This document shows positions 20,178 to 30,080 of a stretch of 64,000 nt of DNA, one piece after another (positions within the stretch are counted from its first letter, which is position 1; each line of letters begins with the position of its first letter). Origin of the DNA: Polyangiaceae bacterium (lineage in GTDB: Bacteria; Myxococcota_A; Polyangia; Polyangiales; Polyangiaceae); assembly GCA_050287085.1 (NCBI GenBank), contig JBNKBE010000001.1:1-64000 (forward strand), written 5' to 3'. Under the pieces are notes generated by a model. The model was not told the origin of the DNA. It was given only the letters and a program-made list of their open reading frames with translations, and did not search any database. A program made the translations under genes and the position numbers.

Positions 20178-21239
20178 TCACCTCGGCAGCAGGCGCCCCT
20201 CAGACCGAGTACGGCCCGCCAACCCCCGGTGGAGCACCAGCTCACTGCCGGCTTGCCGCCCCGCCAAGTAGGTTTCGTCCAGTGTACGACGCCCATAAGA
20301 GATCAACTGAGTGCGCGGGTGGCGGGCGCTGAAGAACGCCTGAAGCTTGGGATCCCCTCGCCATACGAGCCCTTCACGTTGAACCTCTGCCTGTTGCCCG
20401 CGTAGCTTCTTGTAGAAGCCATTCATCACCCCAGCATAGAAACGGCGTCGATCTCGGTTGCCACGGATGCCATGGCTCAGTCGGTGGCTACGCCACAGGC
20501 TCTCAGCTGAGCGTTCGAGGAAGTGATACACGTATTCGGCCAGCTCCACGTTCTCTTCGGAGCCGCAGATCTCGAGCAAGCTACCCTGGCGCGCCTCGCG
20601 GACGCGCCATACCGCTAGCCAGAGCACTTCAACGAAGAAGAACTCAGCCAGGATTGCGCCGACTATTCGCTCATGCTCCGGAACTCGACCTGAGGGCACC
20701 CCTAGGTGACGGACGACGTAGTGGGAGCGCTCGCGCAACGCCTCCTGGGATAGATTGTGCTTGAGCATCAATCGCTGCGCGGCCGCCATCGCGGCCTCAG
20801 CCTCGTTGGCGTTCTCGCTCTGGGCTAACGATAGAAGGCGCATGACCTTGCCCAAAACCCCCGTCGTGGGCTGACGCTCCGTAGCATCAACCGACGCCGT
20901 AGCGCGTGGGTCGATACCTCGCTCCTGGCAAACTCCGACGAATGCGACACCATGAGCCGGCTCTTCAAGTCGCAACACCTCCACCACGAACTGATGAGCC
21001 ATCTCATGTCTGAGCACCTCCACCACAAAGGGCCACGCTCGTTCGATGAGCATGGACTGGCTGACGCGGATTTCGCGGGGCTCGGCACAATACGCGCCCA
21101 GCTCTCGCACCGAATCCTGAGCGCGAAGCGGCGGCTTGTTCAGAAGATTGCCAAACAGCTCCTCATTTGCGCTGTCGTATTCCTGCCCAAGCGCACTCAA
21201 CGCCAAGTTGATCAAGTCCGACGGAGCAGCACTCGTCAC
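20178..21239 (-). CDS. SprT-like HExxH domain plus DUF2786 protein
   Basis: VLRHEMAHQ..AHGVAF; KVMRLLSLAQSENANEAEAAMAAAQRLMLKHNL. Confidence 0.8.
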   Translation of the reverse strand: MTSAAPSDLINLALSALGQEYDSANEELFGNLLNKPPLRAQDSVRELGAYCAEPREIRVSQSMLIERAWPFVVEVLRHEMAHQFVVEVLRLEEPAHGVAFVGVCQERGIDPRATASVDATERQPTTGVLGKVMRLLSLAQSENANEAEAAMAAAQRLMLKHNLSQEALRERSHYVVRHLGVPSGRVPEHERIVGAILAEFFFVEVLWLAVWRVREARQGSLLEICGSEENVELAEYVYHFLERSAESLWRSHRLSHGIRGNRDRRRFYAGVMNGFYKKLRGQQAEVQREGLVWRGDPKLQAFFSARHPRTQLISYGRRTLDETYLAGRQAGSELVLHRGLAGRTRSEGRLLPR

Positions 21240-21507
21240 TGCGCCCCCCCCCGCAGCTCAATACCCCGCTCCTCTCCGGAAATGCGGCGCTGAGGGCCAC
21301 CTTGCAAGCGGCAAAACGAGCGGTCGGCAACCGTGGCAGGCGAAGCGATAGCGTACCCAATACTCACACCGAAAGGATATCCGACGGAGCGCCGAAAAGG
21401 AAACCCTCCCTCTGCCTCGGACTGGCTCCAAGCGCCCGACGACGCCGACCTCGACTCGCGGAGTGCTTGAATCGAACCCAACGATGACTGTAGAGCGCCA
21501 ATAACCC

Positions 21508-22800
21508 ATGGCACAACGCTACCGTCGCCGCGCGAAACACAAGGCCCCGTCGCCTCTTGGAGCTTTCGAACCAGTGGGTATCACGCAGTTGGTCGCCGGC
21601 GGCGACGGATTCGGCCGTCTCCGGGACGGCACCGCGTGCTTCGTCGCAGGAGCTTTCACGGGGGACGTCGTCGTGCCGCAGCAACTCGAACGCCGGTCGT
21701 CGCTTGCCCACTGTGGTGGCTTCGAGCTACTGGTCCGCTCCCCCGCCCGCGTGACCGCCGCTTGCCCGCACGTTGGGCCCTGCGGTGGATGCAATTGGCT
21801 AGAGCTCGCTTACGATGAGCAGCTCAGAGCCAAAGTGGACATCCTCCACACAGCTCTGCTCCGCCTGGCCAAGGTGCCATGGCCCATCGAAAAGCTCACC
21901 ATCTGTCCAAGCCCGCAGCGGACGGAGTATCGCTCGCGCGCCAGATTGCAGATCGATGATGCTATGCGGCTTTGCCTCTTGGGACGGAAGAGTCACCGTG
22001 CCGTTCCTATCGATCACTGCCTCGTGCTGACGCCAGCACTCCAGGAAGCGATGCGTGCGCTTCAGAACGTGCTCTCCAACTGCGGCGACGCCTTCATCGG
22101 ACTGAAACAAGTCGAGCTACGATGCCTCGACGCCGCGCCTTCTCTCGAGGTATTCGGTCATCGTCTTTCAAAGCATGCTCGACAGTTACTGCAACGGGAA
22201 GGCTTCTTCCTAGGTGTTGAGGGTGAGCAACGCCACCAGGTTGTGAACGTCGGCGGTGGGACACTGCAGCTAGCCACCGACAGCTTTTCACAAGTTAACA
22301 GCGACATCAATTCCAGGCTCATAGCGGAGGTATGCGCAGGCGCCGCCAAGCACGGCGTGCGCACGTTTCTAGACCTGTGCTGCGGAGCCGGCAACTTCGC
22401 ACTACCACTTCTTAGAGCCGGCCTTTCCGGACTCGGCGTGGACGCGGCAGAGTCGTCCCTCGCGGGGGCCCGAGCGCAGGCGGCCCGCGAAAACCTTGTC
22501 GCCGGAACATTCGCTCAGGAGGACCTGATGTCTGCGCTCGAACGACTGCAAGCCGAAGGCGCAAGCTACGACTTGGTAGTCGCGGACCCGCCCCGACGCG
22601 GTCTAGGCCCCGCAGCGACGATACGCCTTGCGCGGGTCGCCGCAAAACACGTCTTCCTTTGCTACTGTGATCCGGCAACGTTCGCGCGCGATCTCGCGAT
22701 TCTGATAGGCGAAGGCTTCGAGCTGCGGTCCGTGCGAGCGTGGGATATGTTCCCTCAAACCCATCATTTCGAGTCTAGCGCGTGGCTCACGCGGAGCTGA
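21508..22800 (+). CDS. TrmA/RlmD-family RNA (uracil-5)-methyltransferase
   Basis: CPH..CGGC 4Fe-4S motif, SFSQVN, LDLCCGAGNF, DPPRRG, YCDPATFARD, DMFPQTHHFE. Confidence 0.9.
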   Translation: MAQRYRRRAKHKAPSPLGAFEPVGITQLVAGGDGFGRLRDGTACFVAGAFTGDVVVPQQLERRSSLAHCGGFELLVRSPARVTAACPHVGPCGGCNWLELAYDEQLRAKVDILHTALLRLAKVPWPIEKLTICPSPQRTEYRSRARLQIDDAMRLCLLGRKSHRAVPIDHCLVLTPALQEAMRALQNVLSNCGDAFIGLKQVELRCLDAAPSLEVFGHRLSKHARQLLQREGFFLGVEGEQRHQVVNVGGGTLQLATDSFSQVNSDINSRLIAEVCAGAAKHGVRTFLDLCCGAGNFALPLLRAGLSGLGVDAAESSLAGARAQAARENLVAGTFAQEDLMSALERLQAEGASYDLVVADPPRRGLGPAATIRLARVAAKHVFLCYCDPATFARDLAILIGEGFELRSVRAWDMFPQTHHFESSAWLTRS

Positions 22801-23011
22801 AGTCGACGCCAACGGCTCGCGGTCTTGCCCCCCAATCAGAGCTTCGAAGTCTCGACGCCGTCCTGGTCGCCCCCCCGCACGAAAGCGGGCGGCGACCGCT
22901 CCTCCGTTTGGTAGAGCGGCAACAACATGCCCCCGACCACCACCTCCGGCAGCAGCGGGACGCGGACGCTCATTGGGACTCCGCGACTTGCGCCCGCGCC
23001 CCGGTTGGTTC

Positions 23012-23122
23012 CTAGTGCCCGTCGTGGCCGGCCTCAGTACCCCGGTTCCCCTCCACCTGCAATACGTGGAGGCCTACGAGTACAAACGACAGAAAGGGTG
23101 CGAAAGCTAGAAATGCGACCAT
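23012..23122 (-). CDS. Candidate 36-aa small hydrophobic peptide (MVAFLAFAPFLSFVLVGLHVLQVEGNRGTEAGHDGH), or structured RNA
   Basis: ATG..TAG read manually (shorter than any ORF-track entry); 8 nt downstream of a TTGACA-17-AACACT promoter-like element. Confidence 0.35.
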   Translation of the reverse strand: MVAFLAFAPFLSFVLVGLHVLQVEGNRGTEAGHDGH

Positions 23123-23130
23123 CAAACGAG

Positions 23131-23159
23131 AGTGTTTCCGCGAAGGCGGCTCATGTCAA
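23131..23159 (-). promoter_or_regulatory. Sigma70-like promoter TTGACA-N17-AACACT
   Basis: Perfect -35 (23159-23154), 17-nt spacer, -10 retaining A2, A4, T6. Confidence 0.45.
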
Positions 23160-23177
23160 TAGTCACCGCCTGGAGAG

Positions 23178-23723
23178 CTAGATAGCGCTCAGCAGCCATC
23201 GGAAGCGTCGCGCGCGAGATTCAGCGCGACGATCGGGGCTACACCCCTGCCCGGAGCCGTAGGCAGCAAATACGCGAGCCAAATGACTCTCCGAAGGTCC
23301 GACGGCACCGCAATAACGCGACACCGCCAGGAGCACCCGGATCGTGGCTCGAGCGCAGCGCCGTGTGGCTTGCAAGTCGGCCCCCGCTAGTGTTTCCCAT
23401 TCCTCTTTCGGTACTAGCCGGCTCGCATGCAGCTGTCCCATGCAGCGTGCTTTCCCCCGGTCCTGTTTCCATCTGCTCTTCCCAAGAACGTGAACCTCGT
23501 ACGCGAACTTGGTTTCCCCGTACCAGACCGTGGCTGTCGCAGCGGCGAGAGCCCGAACGTCCAAGTGTTTTGGACCAACAGCTCTCGCTTCAGTGACAAT
23601 CGCTTCTGCGATTGTTTCGAGCCTGGCTCGATACTGCTCGTGAGTCTCGGGGTTTTTGCCTGGCGGATACCAGGGCGCCTGCAGTTGCAGCAGCGCTGCA
23701 AGTAAGAGTTGTGTTAAGCTCAT
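23178..23723 (-). CDS. Exported lysozyme-like / lytic-transglycosylase-like hypothetical protein
   Basis: GAGGTG RBS; hydrophobic N-terminus; WYGETKF, DRGKARCMGQL and AAYGSG resemble SLT motifs ES.F, GLMQ and AAYNAG. Confidence 0.55.
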   Translation of the reverse strand: MSLTQLLLAALLQLQAPWYPPGKNPETHEQYRARLETIAEAIVTEARAVGPKHLDVRALAAATATVWYGETKFAYEVHVLGKSRWKQDRGKARCMGQLHASRLVPKEEWETLAGADLQATRRCARATIRVLLAVSRYCGAVGPSESHLARVFAAYGSGQGCSPDRRAESRARRFRWLLSAI

Positions 23724-24220
23724 ATAGACACCTCAGCTAGAGCGACGAAGCTTCAGAATGACTGGTCCGCGCACGAAGTAGGTTGGCGCAGGACACTTGA
23801 TTCGGATCTACGCAGCTTCACAAAGACGGTTAAGGTCGACACGACCACGACGTCTCGACGAACGACGGGCTGGGCAGCGATTGTTGGCGGACTGTGTGTA
23901 TTCAAACGGGTCCCGCGTCTATCGCGGTGTCGCTTGTCCAATACGCTCCGACGTCGCTGCGTGGACGTTGTACAGCCATCGCGCGCAGGAGATCAATTCG
24001 CTGAGGGCTTGTGGCCTCCCGGGCCAAGCAGAAATGTTCAGCGCAGAAAGGCCGGAACCATGCCGTTCTGCGAACTTGCGTCCCTTCACCTTGCGCAGAC
24101 CGGCCGGCGAACAGGTAAGCCGGGTCGCATCCGGTTTTCGCTACCACTGTAGCTCCCAGCACAGCGACGGCTTGATTTGAGCCAAACAGGGAGGCGCCCC
24201 GTCTGCAAATGGTCCACCCA

Positions 24221-25588
24221 CTACACGCCAGCTGCTTTGAGCAAAACGCTTTGATTGACCGCTGGCAATTGGGAACGCGTCATTTCTCGGGAAACCACCA
24301 TGACGCGGTCTCGCCCTGCGGCCTTGGCCTGATACAGAGCACGATCCGCCGGCAGCACGAAAGCCTCCAGTTGCGGCTGCACTTTGAGCGCATCATGCGC
24401 CCACAAGCATCCCCCCACGCTGATCGTAACGCGACGAACCGAACCGTGCTCTTCGAACTCCAGCCCGCTGACTGCCATTCGCAAACGTTCACCCATATCC
24501 ACGAGCTCTTGCTCCGTGGTTCCAGGCAAGAGGATGATAAACTCTTCTCCACCGTAGCGGCCGACAACGTCTGTCACCCGCGTCGACTCACGAAGAGCAG
24601 TCGAGACCCCTCGCAACACTCGGTCTCCAAAGGGATGACCCAATTCGTCGTTCAAGCGCTTGAAGTGATCGATGTCCAGCATCAACACGCCGAAGTCCCT
24701 GCGGTCGCGTCGGGCCCGTTCGGCCTCGACCTCGAGACAACGCGTTACCTCGCGACGATTGTGAAGCCCCGTCAGGCAATCCACCGTCGCAACTCGGGCG
24801 AGATGTGCGCGTTCCTGCTTGAGACGCACGTGGTGCTCGATCCGGGCGAGCAACTCTTCCACGTAAAACGGGCGGCGGACGAAGTCATCCAGGCCAAAGC
24901 GAAAAGCGTTCCCGAGGTGACGGCGCGCAGACGCGGTCGTCAGCCCCAGCGTCGCCATGAGCGCATGCCCCTGAGAATACTGAAGTTGCTCCAGGATTTT
25001 GAAGGACGCCTGACCGCTGAAGTGGAGGTCCAAGAGCAGTAGGTCGCAATGCTCGTGCGCGAGCGCGTCGACCAAAGGTTGAACCTCCGAGAAGAGTCGA
25101 TAGGCGTAGCCATGGGTTCGCAGAATGGCACCCAAGTTCTGACGGGCCTCGTCGTTGCCCTCCAGGGCGAAAATGATCGTGTCACGGTTGACCTCAACCT
25201 GACGCAGCACCTCGACAACCACCGACCGGAGCGCCCCCGTTGGGAATGGCTTGTGAAAGTACTCGATAGCCCCGAGTTCCAGCAAGCGATGTCGCTCCAC
25301 GTCAGAAGGTTGCCCAGAGATCATGACGACTGGAATTCGCGCCGTCTGATCGCTGCTCTTCAGAATGCGAACCACTTGGTCCCCACTCAGGACCGGCATG
25401 TTGATGTCCAGCGTAACCAGGTCCGGCCGACAAGCAGCGATGCGGGTCAAGGCCTCTGCTCCGTTTTCTGCCTGAACCGTGACGACGTCGAGATCGCACA
25501 ACTCCTCTGTGATGATACGACGCTGCACGGGACTGTCGTCCACCACCAGTACGAGCGGGCGCGACCGCGGGCTATCAGATGAGTCCAT
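24221..25588 (-). CDS. REC-REC-GGDEF diguanylate cyclase (PleD-like)
   Basis: VLVVDD/LDINMP receiver, second receiver, DCLTGLHNRR, DIDHFK, RxxD I-site (RVTD), GGEEF. Confidence 0.92.
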   Translation of the reverse strand: MDSSDSPRSRPLVLVVDDSPVQRRIITEELCDLDVVTVQAENGAEALTRIAACRPDLVTLDINMPVLSGDQVVRILKSSDQTARIPVVMISGQPSDVERHRLLELGAIEYFHKPFPTGALRSVVVEVLRQVEVNRDTIIFALEGNDEARQNLGAILRTHGYAYRLFSEVQPLVDALAHEHCDLLLLDLHFSGQASFKILEQLQYSQGHALMATLGLTTASARRHLGNAFRFGLDDFVRRPFYVEELLARIEHHVRLKQERAHLARVATVDCLTGLHNRREVTRCLEVEAERARRDRRDFGVLMLDIDHFKRLNDELGHPFGDRVLRGVSTALRESTRVTDVVGRYGGEEFIILLPGTTEQELVDMGERLRMAVSGLEFEEHGSVRRVTISVGGCLWAHDALKVQPQLEAFVLPADRALYQAKAAGRDRVMVVSREMTRSQLPAVNQSVLLKAAGV

Positions 25589-25705
25589 GGGGCTTAACCG
25601 CGTGGAACGGACGAATCCCCAGCCCCTTGAGCGTTGGCCGCCATCAGTTCCCGGACAAGCTGTGCAAGAGTCGGATTGTAGCTTACACTCACTCTCACAT
25701 TACAG

Positions 25706-26329
25706 ATGAGCAATTCCCCCCTTTCCGACTTCGATGCTGCGGCCATTTGGGACACCTGGCTGGGTCCCTTGGACTCGATGGGTACCGCGCAGCCTGCCTT
25801 TCGCGCGCGCTGGTTCAAGAAAGACCCCGACTTTGACGAGGCGCTCCGCGAGCGTTTTGGCGCGCTCCTGGAGGCCGCGCTCAGCGCTCCAACCCCCGTA
25901 CTCCCAAGCAGTGATCGTATCTTGGTGGCGCACGTCCTGCTGCGAGACCAACTGAGCCGAAATATCCTCCGTGGTTCGGGTCGGATGTACGCCGGAGACG
26001 CGCAAGCACTGGCCCTGTGCGAGGACGCCGTGCACGCGGGACGAGACGCCGGCCTAGCCTTCGACGCTCGCCGCTTTCTCTACATGCCGCTCATGCACTC
26101 CGAAAGCCTCGAAGCTCAAGAGCGCTGTGTCACACTATTTGCACAGCTCGTCCAAGAGCAATCCGAAGCGCGACTGCGAGAGTCAGCTCAGGCGAGCCTC
26201 GATTTCGCCCGCCAGCACCAGGCGATAGTCGCGCGCTTCGGCCGCTTCCCGCACCGCAACGCACTCCTCAATCGGGCCTCGACGCCGGAAGAAGTGGCGT
26301 TCTTGCAGGAACCTGGCTCCTCCTTCTAG
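25706..26329 (+). CDS. DUF924 family protein
   Basis: WFKKDPDFD, DQLSRN, FLYMPLMHSE, FGRFPHRN. Confidence 0.9.
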   Translation: MSNSPLSDFDAAAIWDTWLGPLDSMGTAQPAFRARWFKKDPDFDEALRERFGALLEAALSAPTPVLPSSDRILVAHVLLRDQLSRNILRGSGRMYAGDAQALALCEDAVHAGRDAGLAFDARRFLYMPLMHSESLEAQERCVTLFAQLVQEQSEARLRESAQASLDFARQHQAIVARFGRFPHRNALLNRASTPEEVAFLQEPGSSF

Positions 26330-26333
26330 CGCC

Positions 26334-27686
26334 ATGCCGGGCACTACTGGACTGGAGATCCGCGCGCTGGGCCTACCGCGTTCGGCTAGCGCTCGCCGTC
26401 CGCTCGCCGCTGACGAGCCGGTGGGCAGTGTTCACTGGGTGAACTTTCGATGGCTTCGGAATCTCCGCTGGGTCGCGGTCGTGGGACAAACGCTGACCGT
26501 CCTCACGGTCAGGTTCTTACTCGACGTCAAGCTTGAGCTTACGTACCTGTTGGCAGTCATCGGCTTCGAGTTCTTGCTCAACGGGGCAGCACTCTATCGC
26601 GAGCGCAGACAATGGGAACTCGGGGAACTGGAGCTCGCCTCTTGGGTCGCGCTCGACCTGGCAGCCTTCGCAGCCCTATTGTTTGCGACAGGGGGCCCCG
26701 AGAACCCATTCAGCTTCTTTTTCGTGGTGCACGTGGCGATGGCGGCGCTGACGTTGAGCCCTCCTCTAGCATGGGGTCTTGTCGCGCTGTCAGTCGCGAC
26801 GTACGGAAGCCTATTGGTGTGGCGGCTCCCTTTCCCGGTGCGGGAGGATGCAGTCCTCTTGCGGCACGGTTCCTGGACCGCATACGCTCTTGGCGCCAGC
26901 TGTGTCGTCTACTTCGTCTTGCGCGCCCGCGCCGCTCTGGCCAAACGCGAACAACTGCTGGCCGAGCAGCGCGAGCTCCGCCTGCAAGCAGAACGACTCT
27001 CTTCGCTCGGAACGCTCGCCGCTGGCGCCGCCCACGAACTCGCCAACCCGTTGGGTACCATCGCGGTAGTCTCCAAAGAGCTCGAACACGAGCTTCGGAC
27101 GAGTGACAACGCTGCCGCGCTGCAGGACATGCGGATCGTGCGCAGTCAGGTGGAACGCTGCCGCAAGATCCTGGCGCGCATGGCCCATACCGCTGGAGAG
27201 GCCCCGGGCGAAGCGGACGCCTGGATCGGCCTGAAAGCACTCCTGAAACACACCCTCGACGACTTGCCAGCGCCGGAGCGCGTTGTGCTCTCCATCACAG
27301 AGCGCGCGGGCAGCTGCGAGGTACGATGTCCGCGCGAAGCCGTGGCCCAAACCTTGCGAGTCCTGGTCGACAACGGGTTGGACGCCTCCGGTCCTGGTGC
27401 CAATGTCCGCGTCAGCGCCTCGTTCGATGAGGCTGAACTCGCCATTTGTGTACTCGATGAGGGCTTCGGTATGCCACCGGAGGTGCTGGGGCACGCTTTT
27501 GACCCATTTTTCACGACCAAGCCGACAGGCAAAGGCATGGGACTTGGGTTGTTTCTAGCAAGAAACGTCGCGGTCCGCCTGGGAGGTACCCTGGAACTAC
27601 GGTCGCGTGCGGGCGCCGGAACGGTAGCGGAACTGCGTATCCCGGCAGCTCGAGTTCGCTCGGCTCAAGACGCAAACGAGAGCTGA
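26334..27686 (+). CDS. regB: RegB/PrrB/ActS-type redox sensor histidine kinase
   Basis: LRWVAVVGQ, GGPENPF quinone-site motif, AAHELANPL H-box, ERC redox Cys, PFFTTK..GMGLGL; true start may be downstream (e.g. GTG ~26420). Confidence 0.85.
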   Translation: MPGTTGLEIRALGLPRSASARRPLAADEPVGSVHWVNFRWLRNLRWVAVVGQTLTVLTVRFLLDVKLELTYLLAVIGFEFLLNGAALYRERRQWELGELELASWVALDLAAFAALLFATGGPENPFSFFFVVHVAMAALTLSPPLAWGLVALSVATYGSLLVWRLPFPVREDAVLLRHGSWTAYALGASCVVYFVLRARAALAKREQLLAEQRELRLQAERLSSLGTLAAGAAHELANPLGTIAVVSKELEHELRTSDNAAALQDMRIVRSQVERCRKILARMAHTAGEAPGEADAWIGLKALLKHTLDDLPAPERVVLSITERAGSCEVRCPREAVAQTLRVLVDNGLDASGPGANVRVSASFDEAELAICVLDEGFGMPPEVLGHAFDPFFTTKPTGKGMGLGLFLARNVAVRLGGTLELRSRAGAGTVAELRIPAARVRSAQDANES

Positions 27687-27849
27687 CTCGACTCGCGCCC
27701 AGCAGTGCATTGTTCCGAGTTCGCACACCACAATGCCGCTGACATCCGCGGAGCGGGTGCCAGCCGGCCCCCTCCGTCAGCGCAACGACCTGTATCAGGC
27801 CAGTGGTTGAAATGTCGGTGAAGACTGACCTACAACCCATCCAACGCGC

Positions 27850-28413
27850 ATGACCGAACGATTCCGAGGACAGTCGGTACTGGTAGTGGATGACGATGAG
27901 TTGCTCCGACAACAACTTGCTCGAGCCTTTGAACGGCGCGGACTCGACGTTCGCGTCGCCGACAGCTTTGCCGAGGCGGTCCGGCAGCTTGAGCAGGAAA
28001 CCCCTGAGCTCGCCGTAGTGGATCAGAAGATGCCCGACGGCTCGGGACTCAAGCTCGTTGAACTCATCCACGCAGCGGATCCCACCACGCGCATCGTGAT
28101 ACTGACCGGCTACGGAAGCATCGCAACCGCGATCGATGCCGTACGGTTGGGCGCCACCTACTACCTCCAGAAACCGGCTGATGCCGACGAAATCTTGGAG
28201 GCGTTCCGGCGAGATTCCCCTTCAACCGACAACCCTGAAGAAGGTTCGCCTCAGTCCTTCGTGCAAGCGCCCAGCTTGGCCCGCGCCGAGTGGGAACACA
28301 TCAATCGCGTGCTCAGCGACGCCGAGGGCAACATCTCGGAAGCAGCACGACGCCTGGGGATCCATCGCCGCTCACTGCAACGCAAACTGCACAAGTATCC
28401 TCCAAAGAACTAG
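27850..28413 (+). CDS. regA: RegA/PrrA/ActR-type response regulator
   Basis: LTGYGSIATAIDAVRLGA..YLQKP; EWEHINRVL..NISEAARRLGIHRRSLQRKL. Confidence 0.92.
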   Translation: MTERFRGQSVLVVDDDELLRQQLARAFERRGLDVRVADSFAEAVRQLEQETPELAVVDQKMPDGSGLKLVELIHAADPTTRIVILTGYGSIATAIDAVRLGATYYLQKPADADEILEAFRRDSPSTDNPEEGSPQSFVQAPSLARAEWEHINRVLSDAEGNISEAARRLGIHRRSLQRKLHKYPPKN

Positions 28414-28457
28414 TCAATGCGCCAGGCTCGACCACGCACGCGCCCCAAGAAGACGTC

Positions 28458-29222
28458 ATGTTAGCGGTCCTATCCCCAGCCAAAAAGCTCGACTTCACCC
28501 CTGCGGGACCCGGCATACCGATCACGGAGCCCGAACACCGCAGGGATACTCAACAATTGCTGCGGATAACCCAGCAACTGACGCCACAGGATATCGGTCG
28601 CCTGATGAAGCTGAGTCCGACCCTGTCCGAGCTCAACTATCAGCGCTTCCAAGAGCTTGCACTAGCACGAGGCAAGAGCCGGGTGACCAAGCAGGCCGCT
28701 TTGGCTTTCAATGGCGATACGTACGTCGGCTTCGACGCGCCCACGTTGTCCACCGACGACCTGCTCTACGCACAAGAACACGTCCGGATTTTGTCTGGCC
28801 TGTACGGCGTCTTGCGGCCCCTGGATCGAATCCGGCCCTACCGCTTGGAGATGGGCACTGCGCTGCAGACTCCGCGAGGGCGCAGTCTCTACGAATTTTG
28901 GGGGAATACCCTGGCCCGGCGTTTGGACCGCGCGGCGGCCCAATGCGAACCCGCCCTCATCGTCAATCTCGCAAGTATCGAGTACTTCAAGGCCGCCATG
29001 CCATACCTGAAGACGCCGGTTCTGAACTGTATCTTCAAAGAAAGGCGAGAGACAGGGACCCAAGTGATCGGCTTCTGTGCAAAGCGCGCTCGTGGCATGA
29101 TGGCGCGTTACCTCGTCGAGACGCGCGCCAGCGAACCCAACGCTTTGAAAGACTTCCGTTCGAGCGGCTATCGCTTCATCAAGAGCGAATCGACCAACGA
29201 CTCCTTCGTATTCCATCGCTGA
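28458..29222 (+). CDS. yaaA: Peroxide stress protein YaaA (UPF0246)
   Basis: LSPAKKLD, ILSGLYGVLRPLD..YRLEMG, NLASIEY, AKRARG. Confidence 0.92.
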   Translation: MLAVLSPAKKLDFTPAGPGIPITEPEHRRDTQQLLRITQQLTPQDIGRLMKLSPTLSELNYQRFQELALARGKSRVTKQAALAFNGDTYVGFDAPTLSTDDLLYAQEHVRILSGLYGVLRPLDRIRPYRLEMGTALQTPRGRSLYEFWGNTLARRLDRAAAQCEPALIVNLASIEYFKAAMPYLKTPVLNCIFKERRETGTQVIGFCAKRARGMMARYLVETRASEPNALKDFRSSGYRFIKSESTNDSFVFHR

Positions 29223-29259
29223 GCCGTTTTGATGCCTGCCGTCGAGCCCGTCCAATCAC

Positions 29260-30069
29260 GTGTCGTCACCTGACCGCCACACCGTCCTGGTGGAGTTCCG
29301 CTACCCCGGGGCCCCCTTTCATGGCCTTCAGCCCCAGCCCGGTCAGACAACCGCGGGGGGCACGTTGATGGATCTCGTCGCCGAAGTCCTGGTTCACCCC
29401 CCCAAGGGCCTCAGCTTCGCCGCCCGCACCGACCGCTACGTCTCAGCCCTCCAGAACTACGCCACGTTCTGGGTCCGAGGCGAAAGCCAACTCGAACCCA
29501 AACTCGCGTCGCTCGTGGGGCGCTCCCGCAGCGGCTTGTGCGTACTATCGGCGCAGGTCGTGCCCCGAAGCGTCAACGCGCGCAATAGCCCCGTCTCCAA
29601 ACACTACCGCTACGTGATACGCGACGGCGTCCCACCTTACGTAGCCCAGAACGCGGCTGGAAACCAGAGCGGACAGGCGTGGGAGATCGTGCCCCGACTC
29701 GACATTGCCTTGATGGCAAGAGCAACCCAGGTATTGCTCGGCACTCACGACTTTGGCGCCTTTCGGGTCAAGGCGTGCTCGGCAAAGACGACCACCCGCC
29801 GACTGGATGCATTCTCCGTATCTCGACAGAATGAGGAGATCGTCTTCGAAGTCCAAGGCAATGGCTTCCTGCGGCGCATGGTACGGCGACTCGTGGGCAC
29901 GGTGGCGGAAGTCGGAGCGGGCTTGCGCCCAGTGGAATCCATCTCCGAACTCCTGTCGCCGGGCAGCGACTGCGACGCCGGCATGTCTGCGCCCGGGCAC
30001 GGCCTGTGTCTCGTAGCGGTGGAGCTCCCCCTCCCCGGTGACATGTCTGCAGCCGCCGACATGCTCTGA
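29260..30069 (+). CDS. truA: TruA-family tRNA pseudouridine synthase (divergent)
   Basis: FHGLQPQP, RTD catalytic motif, YRY, GTHDFGAF, GFLRRMVR..VG, APGHGLCL. Confidence 0.8.
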   Translation: MSSPDRHTVLVEFRYPGAPFHGLQPQPGQTTAGGTLMDLVAEVLVHPPKGLSFAARTDRYVSALQNYATFWVRGESQLEPKLASLVGRSRSGLCVLSAQVVPRSVNARNSPVSKHYRYVIRDGVPPYVAQNAAGNQSGQAWEIVPRLDIALMARATQVLLGTHDFGAFRVKACSAKTTTRRLDAFSVSRQNEEIVFEVQGNGFLRRMVRRLVGTVAEVGAGLRPVESISELLSPGSDCDAGMSAPGHGLCLVAVELPLPGDMSAAADML

Positions 30070-30080
30070 AGCGGCGCAAG

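Noticed and set aside
23060..23115. c-di-GMP-I, c-di-AMP or cobalamin riboswitch
   Set aside because: Only fragments resemble consensus (GAAA..GAAAGC; GGGAACC); required stems are absent and no gene is suitably placed downstream
22803..23177. Retron msr-msd
   Set aside because: No reverse transcriptase ORF anywhere in the window
28136..29368. 410-aa alternate-frame ORF
   Set aside because: Overlaps well-supported regA and yaaA; Arg/Pro-rich GC artefact
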